Assembly (NCBI GenBank): GCA_965219685.1
Contig: CBDCOH010000002.1
Location: 2,848,001 to 2,912,000, forward strand
Direction: 5' to 3'
DNA from: Candidatus Spongiisociaceae bacterium
GTDB lineage: Bacteria > Actinomycetota > Acidimicrobiia > Spongiisociales > Spongiisociaceae
Length of the DNA: 64,000 nucleotides
Of this stretch, positions 1 to 11,017 are shown piece by piece; within the stretch, counting starts at the first letter, position 1, and every line of letters begins with the position of its first letter. The position numbers and the translations under genes are program-made. The notes below the pieces were generated by a model. It did not search any database. It was not told the DNA's origin and saw only the letters and a list, made by a program, of their open reading frames with translations.

Positions 1-1332
1 GTTGTCGCGGGCCGCGTCTAGGTAACGGCCGTCGCCCAGCACCGGTCCTGCCACGGCCAGTGCTCGCAGGGCAAGCCCGTTCCATGCGGTGATTATCTTG
101 TGATCCAGGCCGGGCCGGATCCTGGTCTCCCTACGAGCCAGCAACCCCGTCCTGGCTCTCCGGATCGCTGCTGCCACCTCCTGGCGGCGCATGGAGAAGA
201 GCTCGGCGACCTCGGTAACGGTGAGCGCCTGGTGCAACACGTTGGTGCCTTCGAAGTTGCCGGACTGCGTGACCCCGAAGTAGGCCGCGGCGGGGGGACC
301 GTCGGCCGGCCCCACGACCTCGTGGAACTCCCCGTGGTCGAACACGTAGAACTTGCCTTCGACACCTTCGGAGTCGGCGTCCTCGGCCGCGAAGAACCCT
401 CCCGCCGGGTGGCGCAGATCTCTCAGGATGTAGTCCAGCGTCTCGGCGGCTACCCGGTGATAGAACCGGTCCCCGGTGATCTGGCCCGCCCGTAGGTAGA
501 GGCGGGCGAGGTCGGCGTTGTCGTAGAGCATCTTCTCGAAATGGGGAACGAGCCAGATCCGGTCGACCGCGTAGCGGGCGAACCCGCCGCCCAGGTGGTC
601 CCGGATGCCCCCGCGGGCCATACGGGTGAGGGTATCGGTCAGCATCCCGGCAGCTTCGGTCGCCCACGGGAGTCCGGCGATACGGCTCAGGAACTCCAGA
701 GAGGGCGCCTGGGGGAACTTGGGGGCACCGCCAAAGCCGCCGTGCTCCCGGTCGAAGTGGTGGGCGAGCGTGCGGTAGGCGGTCTCGACCCGATCGCTGT
801 CCGGGACCTCCTCGGCAACGGGAAGCGCCGCTCCGATGACCTTGGTGAGTTCAGCCGCCTGCGCCTGCACGTCCCCGCGCCGGTGTTCCCATGCGTGGCT
901 GATCGCCTCCAGTACCCGGCGGAAGCTCGGCATCCCATGGCGTTCAACATCCGGGAAGTACGTGCCGGCGAAGAAGGGCTTGCCCTCCGGTGTGAGAAAC
1001 ACGGTCATCGGCCACCCACCCCTGCCTGTCATGGTGTTCACGGCATCCATGTATATGGAGTCGACATCGGGCCGTTCCTCGCGGTCGACCTTGACCGAGA
1101 CGAAATACCGGTTCATGAACCGGGCGGTCTCCTCATCGTGGAACGACTCGCGCTCCATGACATGGCACCAGTGGCAGGTGGAGTAGCCGACCGACAGAAG
1201 GATGGGCCGGTCGGTGCGTCGGGCGACCTCGAAGGCGTCGTCACTCCACGGATACCAGTCGACGGGGTTGTCCCGATGCTGGATGAGGTAGGGCGACAGG
1301 CCTCCGAGATCGAGATTTCTCAGGAGTGACAT
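1..1332 (-). CDS. Thioredoxin-domain protein, YyaL/SSP411 (DUF255) family; runs off the window start
   Basis: Hand translation from ATG at 1332: [34 protein letters not shown]...[18 protein letters not shown], the diagnostic YyaL N-terminus. Missing from the ORF track because the stop lies outside the window. Confidence 0.93.
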   Translation of the reverse strand, partial: MSLLRNLDLGGLSPYLIQHRDNPVDWYPWSDDAFEVARRTDRPILLSVGYSTCHWCHVMERESFHDEETARFMNRYFVSVKVDREERPDVDSIYMDAVNTMTGRGGWPMTVFLTPEGKPFFAGTYFPDVERHGMPSFRRVLEAISHAWEHRRGDVQAQAAELTKVIGAALPVAEEVPDSDRVETAYRTLAHHFDREHGGFGGAPKFPQAPSLEFLSRIAGLPWATEAAGMLTDTLTRMARGGIRDHLGGGFARYAVDRIWLVPHFEKMLYDNADLARLYLRAGQITGDRFYHRVAAETLDYILRDLRHPAGGFFAAEDADSEGVEGKFYVFDHGEFHEVVGPADGPPAAAYFGVTQSGNFEGTNVLHQALTVTEVAELFSMRRQEVAAAIRRARTGLLARRETRIRPGLDHKIITAWNGLALRALAVAGPVLGDGRYLDAARDN

Positions 1333-1592
1333 GGCGAACAGGATTGTATTTCGATGGTTGCCTCGGGGTCGGTCATCCAATGATACGGGCTACGGGCGGC
1401 GGCGGCGGCGCATCCCACCACAGCCGGTCACTCCCCGCAGCGTGGCGCATCTCCGATCAACTCAACAGGAACCGGATCGGTCGCCGGCACGAACCGGCCG
1501 GACGTCCGCGGATCATCCCCGGAGCCAAGCTCGGGAGACGGACCGCTAAGGGACGCCTCGCCGGGACCGGAACAAAACGCGAACAAAGGGGG

Positions 1593-1621
1593 TTAACAAG
1601 TGGAAGTACTTCTGGCATAGT
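1593..1621 (+). promoter_or_regulatory. Putative sigma70-type promoter of the sigma-factor gene
   Basis: TTAACA-17 nt-CATAGT in an AT-richer patch about 260 nt upstream of the ATG at 1881. Confidence 0.55.
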
Positions 1622-1880
1622 TATGGTTGCCGGAATCGGTTGGTCATACCGTGCGGTCCAGATCCGCGTCGTCGTCGGTGGAGGTTCCACAGGGCGTGAC
1701 CACGATATTGCCGGGTGGCAGAGTAGGTTGAGCGGGCCGGTACCATTGCCGCACGACCCCCGCGCGCCCGTGGCAGCCGGCACGACGGAGGAGAGGCGCC
1801 CCAAGTAGGGTGCCTGAGGAGAGGCCAGCGACGATGGCGAGAATCTTGAGGATCGAACGAGGACAGGGGGAAGCATCCGC

Positions 1881-2894
1881 ATGGTTGTAGCCAACCGGAC
1901 CAGGCAGAAACCGGTGCCCGCGGCGGCGGATGCCCGTACCAGGCGGGCGCGTGAGCGCAACCGCAGCAAGCTGACCGACGAGCGGGGACGCTTGACCACC
2001 GATCTGGTCAGCCAGTACCTGGCCGCTATCGGCGAGTACGACCTGCTCACCGCCGAGCAGGAAGTGGAACTCGCCCAGAAGATCGAGTCCGGGCAGGAAG
2101 CGGCGGCGCGTTTGTCGGAGGGCGACTTCACCACCTCCAAGGAACAGTACACGCTGGAGCGGAAGCGGAGCAAGGGTCGCGAGGCCAAGGACACGTTCCT
2201 CACTGCGAACCTGCGTCTGGTGGTGGCCAACGCCAGGAAGTACGCCAACACCAACGGCATCGACTTCCTCGACCTGATCCAGGAGGGCAACCTGGGCCTG
2301 ATCCGGGCTGTCGAGAAGTTCGACTGGCGCAAGGGGTTCAAGTTCTCGACCTACGCGACCTGGTGGATACGCCAGGCCATAACCCGCGCGATCGCCGACA
2401 AGTCCAGAACGGTCAGGATCCCGGTCCATCTCCACGACACGTTGGCCGCGGTCAGGGCGGCTCAGGCCAGCCTCAAAGCCGAGTTGGGCAGGGACCCGAA
2501 GCCGGCCGAGATCGCCGAGGAAGCCGGTGTCACCCTCGACAAGGTGGAGTTGGCCCTCAGCGTCTCCGATGCCGCCTCCCTCGAGAAGCCGGTCGGCGAG
2601 GACGGAGCCCAGCTCGGGGACTTCATCGAGGACCAGGACGCCGCCGACCCGGTTCGCATCACCGAGGAACTCGACGTCTCGGAGTGCCTGCGCCGGTCAA
2701 TCGACCGACTTCCCCGACGCGAGGGCAGGATCCTCGCGCTGCGTTACGGGTTCCTCGACGGGGTGCCCCGCACGCTCGAGGAGATCGGGGAGGAGTTCAA
2801 CCTGACCCGCGAACGGATCCGCCAACTTGAGAAGCTGGCCCTCTGCCGGTTGCGGCATCCTTCATTCGGTATCCGCGAGCAGGACCTGATCTGA
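1881..2894 (+). CDS. RNA polymerase sigma-70 factor, RpoD/SigB-like, lacking region 1.1
   Basis: Region 2 ANLRLVV...[37 protein letters not shown]; region 4 [20 protein letters not shown]. Confidence 0.95.
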   Translation: MVVANRTRQKPVPAAADARTRRARERNRSKLTDERGRLTTDLVSQYLAAIGEYDLLTAEQEVELAQKIESGQEAAARLSEGDFTTSKEQYTLERKRSKGREAKDTFLTANLRLVVANARKYANTNGIDFLDLIQEGNLGLIRAVEKFDWRKGFKFSTYATWWIRQAITRAIADKSRTVRIPVHLHDTLAAVRAAQASLKAELGRDPKPAEIAEEAGVTLDKVELALSVSDAASLEKPVGEDGAQLGDFIEDQDAADPVRITEELDVSECLRRSIDRLPRREGRILALRYGFLDGVPRTLEEIGEEFNLTRERIRQLEKLALCRLRHPSFGIREQDLI

Positions 2895-2971
2895 CCGCAG
2901 ACCTGTAGGGACAGACCTGCCGCGCCGCGTCGGGCCACCGGCAACCCGGGACCCGAGGTGTCAGGGTCCGG

Positions 2972-4378
2972 TCACCCCTCGTAGACCGCGCCTTCCGGGT
3001 AGAAGGCACCCCAGGCGAACCAGAACTCGTTGCGGTGCACCGCGATCTGTAGGCGGTTGCCTGCGAGCGGGCCGCTGACCGCCTCGCCCAGCAGGGTCCA
3101 CTGCGACGACGTCTCCAGGTCGCGGAACACATCGCCCTCCTTGGCGAACGTGAGTTCCCGGCCGTCGACAGTTCGAAGGTAGGCGAGGCCGGTCCCGATC
3201 GAGCGACCCTCGCTCAGATCTCTGGTGTCCAGGGCGTCGGCCGTCTCGCCTCCCCAGAAGACCGCGACCGGAACACCGCCGACGGAGTCGTTGACAGCGC
3301 CGAGCGCCGAGATGACCGGGAACGGATAGGCGGTGGCGCCCCCGCCCTCGGTCACGCCCACCACTCGCTCCAACGCCCGGTAACGGGGATCGATCTCTCC
3401 CGTGTAGAACGGGTAGGGAGCCGACCGGGTCGAGTAGCCCTCGTAGGGGTTGTAGACGTAGGGCGCTCCGAGCCCGCTCTCGCGGGACAGCGAGACACCG
3501 TCGGGATAGGCGGCGGCGAACTCGCCGAAGGAGACGATGGCGGTGGGGACCGGCTGCAGGAACGTTCCCGTCGCGGTGCCGACGATGGCTTCGCCGGTCA
3601 CCTGCTGCCACAAAGAGACGGTCCGATCGTCCCACATCACGAGATCGGAGTTGCGCAACAGACCCGACACACCGAAGCGCAGCACGTGGCCGTCCACCCT
3701 CCGATCGAAGGCGAGGGCCGTGTTGCATAGAGGGCAGTAGGTGACCGCCACCGGGATCCCGGCGATCTCGTCGTTGACTATCTCGTGGCGGTGGAGGATG
3801 CCCAGCGGATAGAAGCGGGCCTCGCCGCCCAGCAGCACCAACGTACCCGGCACCCGGTTGTCGAGCCATGAGGAGGCGTCGGCCACCGACTCGAAGACGG
3901 GGCGGTCGATGGGCGGTATGCCGTCACGGGGATCGATCATGGGCAGGCCCACCAGCAGTTCGCCGAGATCGATCGAGTTGATGCTCCAGTCGGTGGGCCA
4001 CGGAGCGGTGACCTGCCTGACCAGCGGGTCGAGGCGCTCCAAGGGATCAGAGGTAACGGCGGAGGGAGCGGAGGTCGAGGGGACGGAGGTCGAGGGGACG
4101 GAGGTGTCGGCAGGCGCAGTTCCCACCGATGTGCTGCTCGCCGCAGTACTGCTCTCCGCCGCGGCTGTAGTGCCGGGTTGGGACCCTTGCGTGCTCGAGG
4201 GGACGGCCGCGGTAGTGGGGACCGGCCCGGCAGGCGTGGTCTCCACCGCGGACGTTGGAGGAGCCGGCTCGGCATCCTCCGACCCGGAACAGGCGGCGGA
4301 TAGCACCAGCAGCATCGCCAAACCGGAGAGTGCCAAGGCCCGTAGGGCCCGGTGAAGGGGATGCTGGGCGGTCAACAT
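2972..4378 (-). CDS. DUF3179 domain lipoprotein with Ser/Thr/Pro-rich linker
   Basis: Lipobox LSAAC; DGIPPIDRP, HEIVND, TYCPLCNT, FGVSGLLRNSDLVMWD and FWFAW motifs. Confidence 0.88.
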   Translation of the reverse strand: MLTAQHPLHRALRALALSGLAMLLVLSAACSGSEDAEPAPPTSAVETTPAGPVPTTAAVPSSTQGSQPGTTAAAESSTAASSTSVGTAPADTSVPSTSVPSTSAPSAVTSDPLERLDPLVRQVTAPWPTDWSINSIDLGELLVGLPMIDPRDGIPPIDRPVFESVADASSWLDNRVPGTLVLLGGEARFYPLGILHRHEIVNDEIAGIPVAVTYCPLCNTALAFDRRVDGHVLRFGVSGLLRNSDLVMWDDRTVSLWQQVTGEAIVGTATGTFLQPVPTAIVSFGEFAAAYPDGVSLSRESGLGAPYVYNPYEGYSTRSAPYPFYTGEIDPRYRALERVVGVTEGGGATAYPFPVISALGAVNDSVGGVPVAVFWGGETADALDTRDLSEGRSIGTGLAYLRTVDGRELTFAKEGDVFRDLETSSQWTLLGEAVSGPLAGNRLQIAVHRNEFWFAWGAFYPEGAVYEG

Positions 4379-4466
4379 GAGAGCGAGCCCAGCCTAGGCG
4401 ATCCGGGTGCCTACTCCCGCCGAGGTGTGGACGGGACTCGCGCCGGGTCGCGGCTCCGGGCGGGCC

Positions 4467-5330
4467 CTACCCGGGTGGCGCCAGGTAATTGGAGGTTGCC
4501 AGCTTGCCGTCGACGAAGTCGAAGACCCAGGTGGACCCCTTCTGGAACGGAAGGGTCGCCGGATCGCCGACCAGCTTCCGCAGGATCTTCCTCACGTTGG
4601 CCCGATGCGAGCAGAAGAGCCTGGTGCCCCCGCCCGGGCTTTCGACCAGGGACTCGACCCGGGTCCTTCCGGCTTCCTCCCACAGGGCCTTGCTGATCTG
4701 CGGAACGAGCCCGCGCGCCCGGGCCAGGGGAGCGACCGTCTCCACACAACGGGCCGCGGGGCTAGTGACGATCGTGTCGATGTCGAACCACTGGAGGAGC
4801 CCGACGATGGCCTCCGCCTGTGCCGTCCCTCGTTTCGACAGCGGCCGGGCTGAGTCGTCGGGGCCCCACCTGCCGCGGGCGCCGGCTTTGGCATGACGGG
4901 TCAGCAGGATACGGTCGGCGGGACCTCTCCACTTCTCCCCCAAGCCGGCTACCAACTCCCGCTCCGTCGCGTAGGCGACCCGGGAGTCCAGGGACTGCTC
5001 ACCCACCCAGCGGATCCGGTCGACCTCGCCCGAAGGGACGAACGCGAGGCTTCCGGCCCGCATCGCCCAGTAGTCCACCACCTTCGGCATACCGTTCCGC
5101 TTCGTGTACGAGAGACGGCCGAGGTAGCAGCCGACCACGGGAGTAACTCCGGCCTCCTCCCACACCTCCCGGCTGGCGCATTCGAGCAGGCTCTCGTCGT
5201 CCTCCACCTTCCCTTTGGGAAACGTCCAGTCCCCGTACTTGGGGCGGTGCACCTGCAGGAACTCGACGCCGTCCGGTCCTTCACGCCAGACCACCCCACC
5301 AGATGCGCGCTCGACGGGAAGGTCCGTCAT
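4467..5330 (-). CDS. NUDIX hydrolase fused to a histidine-phosphatase domain (MutT1-like)
   Basis: HRPKYGDWTFPKGK...REVWEEAG Nudix box; RHAKAG phosphatase motif; SPAARCVETV. Confidence 0.88.
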   Translation of the reverse strand: MTDLPVERASGGVVWREGPDGVEFLQVHRPKYGDWTFPKGKVEDDESLLECASREVWEEAGVTPVVGCYLGRLSYTKRNGMPKVVDYWAMRAGSLAFVPSGEVDRIRWVGEQSLDSRVAYATERELVAGLGEKWRGPADRILLTRHAKAGARGRWGPDDSARPLSKRGTAQAEAIVGLLQWFDIDTIVTSPAARCVETVAPLARARGLVPQISKALWEEAGRTRVESLVESPGGGTRLFCSHRANVRKILRKLVGDPATLPFQKGSTWVFDFVDGKLATSNYLAPPG

Positions 5331-5434
5331 CGCAAAGACATGAACGTCTGCCTGTTCATAGGATCATGGCCACTCTAGGGGCGCGGCCGCTCCTACCCTG
5401 TTTTCACACCGCGGCACCGGACCGCAGGGTCCGG

Positions 5435-5986
5435 TCATCGCATCCCGGCTCGTCCTACCTCGATCACCGCGTCGACCGCCTCGCGGGCAGTGTCCACCAT
5501 CGTGACGAGACCGGGGGCTGTACGCAGGTCGGCGGTCAACATATCGACGATCCGCCCCCATGCCTGGCGGAATGCGATGACCGGGTCCGGCGGCACTCCG
5601 CGCCTCGCGGCCAGGAACGCATCGTTCCATGCAAGGGCCAGTTCGGTCAGCGTCCCGATGCTCCCCGGCATGACGACGTAGGCGAAGGACAACTCGGACA
5701 TGATCTTGATGCGATCGATGAGGCTTTCCGCCGGAATCTCCTCGGTCAGATAGCTGTTCCCGCCCGGCCTGCCGGGGAAGAGAGCGGGCGCAGTGACCCC
5801 GATCGCCCGTCCTCCGGCACCGGCGGCTCCGGCCGAAACGGCCTCCATCAGCCCGGAGTAGCCGCCATTGACCACCCCGAAACCGGCGTGCGCGAGACGC
5901 CGGCCCAACTCGACACCCATCTCGTAGACACCGTCGCCCGGCCGCGAACTCGACGCGCCGTACACGGCCACGATCCTGTCGTCCAT
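5435..5986 (-). CDS. LOG family nucleotide-binding protein
   Basis: VAVYGAS, NGGYSGLMEAVS and PGSIGTLTEL (PGGxGTxxE-like). Start moved to MDDRIV. Confidence 0.85.
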   Translation of the reverse strand: MDDRIVAVYGASSSRPGDGVYEMGVELGRRLAHAGFGVVNGGYSGLMEAVSAGAAGAGGRAIGVTAPALFPGRPGGNSYLTEEIPAESLIDRIKIMSELSFAYVVMPGSIGTLTELALAWNDAFLAARRGVPPDPVIAFRQAWGRIVDMLTADLRTAPGLVTMVDTAREAVDAVIEVGRAGMR

Positions 5987-6165
5987 CCCGGCCGAGGGTA
6001 CACGGACCGTCCGAGATGCGCGGTCCCTCGGACCCACACTGGACGGCTCGTGTCGCGGCCCGCCGGAGATCGCCCGGCCTTGAACCAGTAGTTTCGTGCC
6101 CTGATTAGGGTGAATGCCGAGTAAGGAAGACCCAGACGCCGATCACTCACAGGAGGAGACGCAGG

Positions 6166-6957
6166 TTGAGCGAACGTCCCCGTTTCTACAGACGAAGGTC
6201 CGTCCAGATCGCCGCGGTGGTGATAGTCGTACCTCTCGCGGCCCTAGCCTGGTGGCTGCTTTCACCCCTCTTCATCGACGAGGTCGTGGACGAACCGTTC
6301 CCCAGGGCGGCCATGGCGGTGATACCGGACGACATGACCGCCGAAGAGGTCGAGCAGAAGATGATGGAGGCGGAGGCGGTCGACACGCCCGCCTACGAGG
6401 ACATGCCGGAACCGGCAGCGGCGGCGCCTCCCACGACCACTCCCGGAACGACGACCACCCACGCGTCCGGCGCGATGGATGCGGATGACCCGGTCGAGAC
6501 GGACGAGGGGAGCGCGGGCACAGCCGTCGAGGAGACCTCGGGCACTACGACCACGTCGCCGGCTTCCGAGGAGGCGAGCGCCACACCTACGACTGCACTG
6601 CAGCAGGCCCGTCCCGTAGCCCTGGCGACCGGGGAACTCATGGATGCCGACTCCTTCCACAAGGGTTCCGGACAGGTGACCCTCTATCGCCTGGAGGACG
6701 GCACGAACCTGGTACGCATGGAGGACATCTCGGTCACCAACGGGCCCCAGCTCCACGTGCTGCTGGCGCCCATACCGAGCGTGGGCAGCCGCGAGGATCT
6801 GCAGTCCGCCGGATACATCGACCTGGGACCGCTCAAGGGCAACAAGGGTTCCCAGAACTACGAGGTACCGCCCGACTATCCGATCCCCGAGGAGATGACC
6901 CTGGTCATCTACTGCGTGCCGTTCCACGTGGTGTTCGCAACCGCGCCCCTGGCGTAG
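6166..6957 (+). CDS. DM13 domain membrane-anchored protein
   Basis: N-terminal TM segment with LSPLFID; HKGSG, VTNGPQLHVLL, LGPLKGNKGSQNY and VIYCVPFHVVFATA. Confidence 0.88.
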   Translation: MSERPRFYRRRSVQIAAVVIVVPLAALAWWLLSPLFIDEVVDEPFPRAAMAVIPDDMTAEEVEQKMMEAEAVDTPAYEDMPEPAAAAPPTTTPGTTTTHASGAMDADDPVETDEGSAGTAVEETSGTTTTSPASEEASATPTTALQQARPVALATGELMDADSFHKGSGQVTLYRLEDGTNLVRMEDISVTNGPQLHVLLAPIPSVGSREDLQSAGYIDLGPLKGNKGSQNYEVPPDYPIPEEMTLVIYCVPFHVVFATAPLA

Positions 6958-6959
6958 GT

Positions 6960-7023
6960 TGGTGAATGGTGAGTGGTGAATAGTGAATGGTGACCAGTGC
7001 TAAGTTAACTTAACACCTAACAC
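6960..7023. repeat. Heptamer tandem repeats between convergent genes
   Basis: GGTGAAT/GGTGAGT units follow the DM13 stop; TAACACC units (GGTGTTA on the minus strand) follow the stop of the opposite gene. Confidence 0.8.
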
Positions 7024-9093
7024 CTAGACCAACGTCTCCAGGATCGCCGACACGATTCGCCGGGGTGTGATGATGGCATGGTGCTCCACCCCGAACTGGG
7101 GCCATGGTGCGTCGAACCCGGCCACCCGCAGGATGGGCGCCTCAAGGTCGTAGAGGGCCTCCTCCGCCACGGTGGCGGCGACCTCGGCCGCCATTCCCGC
7201 CGTCTTCGGGGGCTCCTGCACCAGGACCAGGCGACCGGTCTTCGCCACCGATTCCAGCACGGCCTCGCGATCCCACGGCTTGAGCGTTCTCAGGTCGATG
7301 ACCTCGCAGTCCACCCCTTCGGCGGCCAGATCCTCCGCCGCCGACAGAGCCACCCTCACCATGCCCCCGTAGGTGACCACGGTCACGTCCGGACCGGGCC
7401 TCCGGATCCGGGCCCGGCCGATCGGGAGACTGTAGTAGCCGGTGGGTACATCCTCCCGGCCAGCCCGGTACAGGACCTTGGGCTCGAGGAACAGGACCGG
7501 GTCGGGACTCTCCGCGGCCGCGGTGAGAAGGCCCTTGGCATCGACCGCGGTGGAGGGAATCACCACGGTTAGGCCTGGGGTGTGGACGAAGTAGGCCTCC
7601 GGGCTGTCGGCGTGGAACTCGTGGGGGGCGATCCCCCCGCCGTTGGGCCAGCGAACCACGATCGGCAGCGAGACGTTGCTCCGGGTGCGGAAGCGGAAAC
7701 GGGCCATATGGCTGACGATCTGGTCGAAGGCGGGGTAGACGAACCCGTCGAACTGGATCTCCACCAGCGGCAGGGCGCCGCCGATCGCCATGCCCACCGC
7801 GGTGCCGGCGATACCGGTCTCGCAGAGAGGCGTGTCGATCACCCGGTCGGCCCCGTACCGGTCCAGGAGGCCTTCGGTGATGCGGAACACGCCTCCGGTC
7901 TTGCCCACGTCCTCCCCCATCACCACTGCGTTCCCGTACCGGTCCATGACCTCGCGGAGCGCCGCGTTGAGCGCCTCGGCCATTGTCCAGCGGCTTGTAG
8001 GCCCCTGGAGAGGCGGGTCGTAGCCGATGCGCCACAACTCGTCCGGCACCACCGCGGACGGCCTGCCACCCTCCCTCTTCATCGCAGTGCCGAACTGGCG
8101 GGCGAGATCACGGGGGATCCGAGCGTAGATGTGGCGGACGGCCTCCTCCCGGGGCGGTTCTTGACGGGTCTCGATATCCGCCAGCGCCTCGTCGAACTTG
8201 GCCGCCTCGGCCTTCACCTGGTCTTCGATCTCGTCCGACCACAGCCCCTCGCCTACCAGGAAGCGCTTGAACCGGACCAGCGGATCCCGGTCCCTCCAAG
8301 CGCTGACCTCCTCGTCGTCGCGGTACAGGCTCGGATTGTCGGCGGTGGCGTGGGGGCCGTACCGGTAGGTGACAGCTTCGATCAAGGTGGGGCCGCCGCC
8401 GTTGCGCGCCCGCTCGACCGCCGCCCTGGTAGCCGTATACACCGCCAGCACGTCCATCCCGTCCACCTGCACGCCCGGCATGCCGTACCCGACCGCCTTG
8501 TCGGCCAGCGCAGCCGCCGCGGTCTGGTTCCGGACCGGCATCGAGATGGCCCACCCGTTGTTGGAGCACAGGAACACGGTGGGGGTCTTCCAGAGACCTG
8601 CGAAGTTCATGGCGGAGTGGAAATCGCTCTCGGAAGTGGCGCCGTCCCCGAAGTAGACCACCGTGATCAGGTTCTCGCCGGCCAGCCGGGCCGCCTGGGC
8701 ATGGCCGACCGCGTGGGGCAACTGGGTGGCGATCGGGATCGTGTGGATGTTCATCCGATAGCGATGCACATCCCAGTCCCGGTTGGGCAGACCGCGGAAA
8801 TAGGCGAGCATCACCGAAGGGGGCATCCCCCTCGCAAGCTGGAGGGCGTGCTCCCGGTAGCTGGGGTAGATCCAGTCCTCCGGTCCGATGGCGTAGGCGG
8901 AACCGATCTGGGTTGCCTCCTGGCCCTCCCCGGGCGGGAACGTCCCGAGACGGCCCTGGCGCTGCAGGTTCATCGCCCGACGGTCGAACTGGCGGCCCAA
9001 CGCCATCAACCGGTACATCTCCACGAGGTCCTTGTCGTCCAGGTCCGGCACCTCCCCGACGAGGCGACCGGATGGATCGAGGATCTGCAACAC
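7024..9093 (-). CDS. 2-oxoacid (pyruvate/branched-chain) dehydrogenase E1, fused alpha+beta subunits
   Basis: TPP motif GDGATSESDF...NN; YRYGPH; beta-part GEDVGKTGGVFR, DTPLCETGIAG and EVIDLRTLKPWD in one 689-aa ORF. Confidence 0.92.
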   Translation of the reverse strand: MLQILDPSGRLVGEVPDLDDKDLVEMYRLMALGRQFDRRAMNLQRQGRLGTFPPGEGQEATQIGSAYAIGPEDWIYPSYREHALQLARGMPPSVMLAYFRGLPNRDWDVHRYRMNIHTIPIATQLPHAVGHAQAARLAGENLITVVYFGDGATSESDFHSAMNFAGLWKTPTVFLCSNNGWAISMPVRNQTAAAALADKAVGYGMPGVQVDGMDVLAVYTATRAAVERARNGGGPTLIEAVTYRYGPHATADNPSLYRDDEEVSAWRDRDPLVRFKRFLVGEGLWSDEIEDQVKAEAAKFDEALADIETRQEPPREEAVRHIYARIPRDLARQFGTAMKREGGRPSAVVPDELWRIGYDPPLQGPTSRWTMAEALNAALREVMDRYGNAVVMGEDVGKTGGVFRITEGLLDRYGADRVIDTPLCETGIAGTAVGMAIGGALPLVEIQFDGFVYPAFDQIVSHMARFRFRTRSNVSLPIVVRWPNGGGIAPHEFHADSPEAYFVHTPGLTVVIPSTAVDAKGLLTAAAESPDPVLFLEPKVLYRAGREDVPTGYYSLPIGRARIRRPGPDVTVVTYGGMVRVALSAAEDLAAEGVDCEVIDLRTLKPWDREAVLESVAKTGRLVLVQEPPKTAGMAAEVAATVAEEALYDLEAPILRVAGFDAPWPQFGVEHHAIITPRRIVSAILETLV

Positions 9094-9272
9094 CTACACG
9101 CCCTCCCGACGATCCGAACAAGCCTGCGAAACGACATTGTAAGACCCCGCAGCCGGTCCTGTCAGACCGGGGCCGCACCCTCCTGAATCCCTCCCGAGGG
9201 TCGCATGCACCCACCGGCCCCCGTGGGGACGGGGACGGAATGCCGGTCGCGGCGGACTGTTAACGTGAGTTG

Positions 9273-10358
9273 ATGGCCCGCATCCGCCCGGAGATCGACT
9301 CGCTGACGCCGTACGAAGGGGGGGCGACCACCGACGAGATAGCCCGCCGGTACGGCGTCGAGGACATCGTGAAGCTGGGCGCGAACGAGAACCCGCTGCC
9401 GCCCTTCCCCGAAGTCCAGGAGGCCTTGGTCGCTGCGGCCGCGGGTATCAACAGGTATCCCGACCAGGGCGTGGTGGGACTCGCCGAAAGTCTGGCCGAG
9501 ACGATCGGCGTGGCCCCCGACCACCTCTGGTTCGGGGCGGGAAGCGCCGAACTGCTGACCACCACCGCCCGCGCCCTGGGCGGGCGCGCGCGCAGTTGCG
9601 TCTACCCGTGGCCTTCCTTCGCCATGTACCCGATCAACTCGACGCTGGCCAACGCCGAGAGCATCACGGTACCACTCGACCAGAGCCATGCCGTCGACCT
9701 CGACGCAGTTCTGGGGGCCATCAGGGACGACACCACCCTCGTGTACCTGTGCAACCCCAACAACCCGACCGGCACCTACCTTCCCCGGTCCGAGATCCGC
9801 GCCTTCGTCGACCGGGTCCCTGACGGCACGCTCGTCGTGGTGGACGAGGCCTACGGCGAGTACGTGGCGGCCGAGGACCGGCCGAGCGCCATACCGCTGG
9901 CAGTCGAGCGGCCCAACGTCACGGTCGCGCGCACTTTCTCGAAGATCTACGGGTTGGCGGGACTGAGGATCGGTTACATGGTGGGCCGCCCCGAGACCCT
10001 GCGCTCGCTGCGGAAGGCACAGATCCCGTACGTGGTCAACTCCCTCGCCCAGGTCGCGGCGACGACCGCCCTACGCTTCCCCGAACGGCTGGAGGAACGG
10101 TTCGACATGAACCGAAAGGGTGTCGAATACGTCGAGTCAGCCTTCGGGGAGCGCGGTATCGAGTTCGCCCCCACGCAGGCCAACTACGTCTGGACACGCC
10201 TCGGACCCAGGACCAGGTCCATCATCCAGGCTCTCCTCGAGCGGGGCACGATCATCCGCCCGGTATCGGACCAATGGACCCGGGTCAGCATCGGCGCGCC
10301 CCGGGAGAACCGCCGGTTCATGGCCGACCTCGACGCGGTGCTCGCAGCCTCCCGCTAG
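9273..10358 (+). CDS. hisC: Histidinol-phosphate/aromatic aminotransferase (class I/II PLP)
   Basis: KLGANENP, LCNPNNPTG, VVDEAY and RTFSKIYGLAGLRIGY. Could be the Pat paralogue. Confidence 0.85.
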   Translation: MARIRPEIDSLTPYEGGATTDEIARRYGVEDIVKLGANENPLPPFPEVQEALVAAAAGINRYPDQGVVGLAESLAETIGVAPDHLWFGAGSAELLTTTARALGGRARSCVYPWPSFAMYPINSTLANAESITVPLDQSHAVDLDAVLGAIRDDTTLVYLCNPNNPTGTYLPRSEIRAFVDRVPDGTLVVVDEAYGEYVAAEDRPSAIPLAVERPNVTVARTFSKIYGLAGLRIGYMVGRPETLRSLRKAQIPYVVNSLAQVAATTALRFPERLEERFDMNRKGVEYVESAFGERGIEFAPTQANYVWTRLGPRTRSIIQALLERGTIIRPVSDQWTRVSIGAPRENRRFMADLDAVLAASR

Positions 10359-10376
10359 CCGCGGCGGGCCAGAGGC

Positions 10377-10937
10377 TCAGCTATCCAGCCAGGCTGCCGA
10401 CTGGTCCAGCAGCCACGTGCTCACCCCGTGGGCACACTCGAGCACGTCGCAGGTCTTGAGTTCCCGCATGAATATCTTCTGCAGTGGCAGGTCGATCCGG
10501 CACACCAGTGACAGGCTCCGCGTGGCCGGGTCGGTGACCGACATGTAGGTGTCGGTGGCCGATACCTCCACGGGAAGGGTCATGCCGGACACACCGGCCA
10601 ACTCGGTGGCGAGGATCAACAGATCGGGCGGCTTGGGCAAGGGTGGCAGCGCCCATTTGAAGAACATGGGCAGTTGCAGTCGTTCGTCCTGCTCCTCGTC
10701 GAATTCGTGGTGGCCGGCCACCAGATCCTCGAAGGCCAGGATCACCCTGGGATCCACTTCCAGCACCATGAGCATCTCGAGCGGTCCCTCGCAGGCCTCC
10801 TCGGGATGCAGGTCCACCTCCCAGGCCTGGCCGAGGGAGTAGGACTCGATGAAGTGGCGCTCGGCGTGCACGTGGAATCCATGCTCCACGGCGTGGGCCT
10901 TCATATCGGTTATGAACCCCGCGAGGTCGACACCCAT
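10377..10937 (-). CDS. Hypothetical protein (186 aa)
   Basis: Fills the gap between genes with coding-like GC3 and normal amino-acid composition; no motif recognised. Confidence 0.75.
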   Translation of the reverse strand: MGVDLAGFITDMKAHAVEHGFHVHAERHFIESYSLGQAWEVDLHPEEACEGPLEMLMVLEVDPRVILAFEDLVAGHHEFDEEQDERLQLPMFFKWALPPLPKPPDLLILATELAGVSGMTLPVEVSATDTYMSVTDPATRSLSLVCRIDLPLQKIFMRELKTCDVLECAHGVSTWLLDQSAAWLDS

Positions 10938-11017
10938 GTGAACCTAGGAGCGTCCGGAAGCCCGGACAGGACCGGAGTCCACGCCGGATCGTCGGAGAAG
11001 GCGGGAAGCGGAGCGCA

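Noticed and set aside
1636-1720. ZTP riboswitch resemblance (GGTGG..CCAC..GGG..GACC) in the sigma leader
   Set aside because: Missing the GACUGGCG segment and the 3' CGCCUGGG stem; gene context does not fit.
4060-4106. 15-bp tandem repeats in the DUF3179 gene
   Set aside because: They encode an ordinary TSVPS low-complexity lipoprotein linker.
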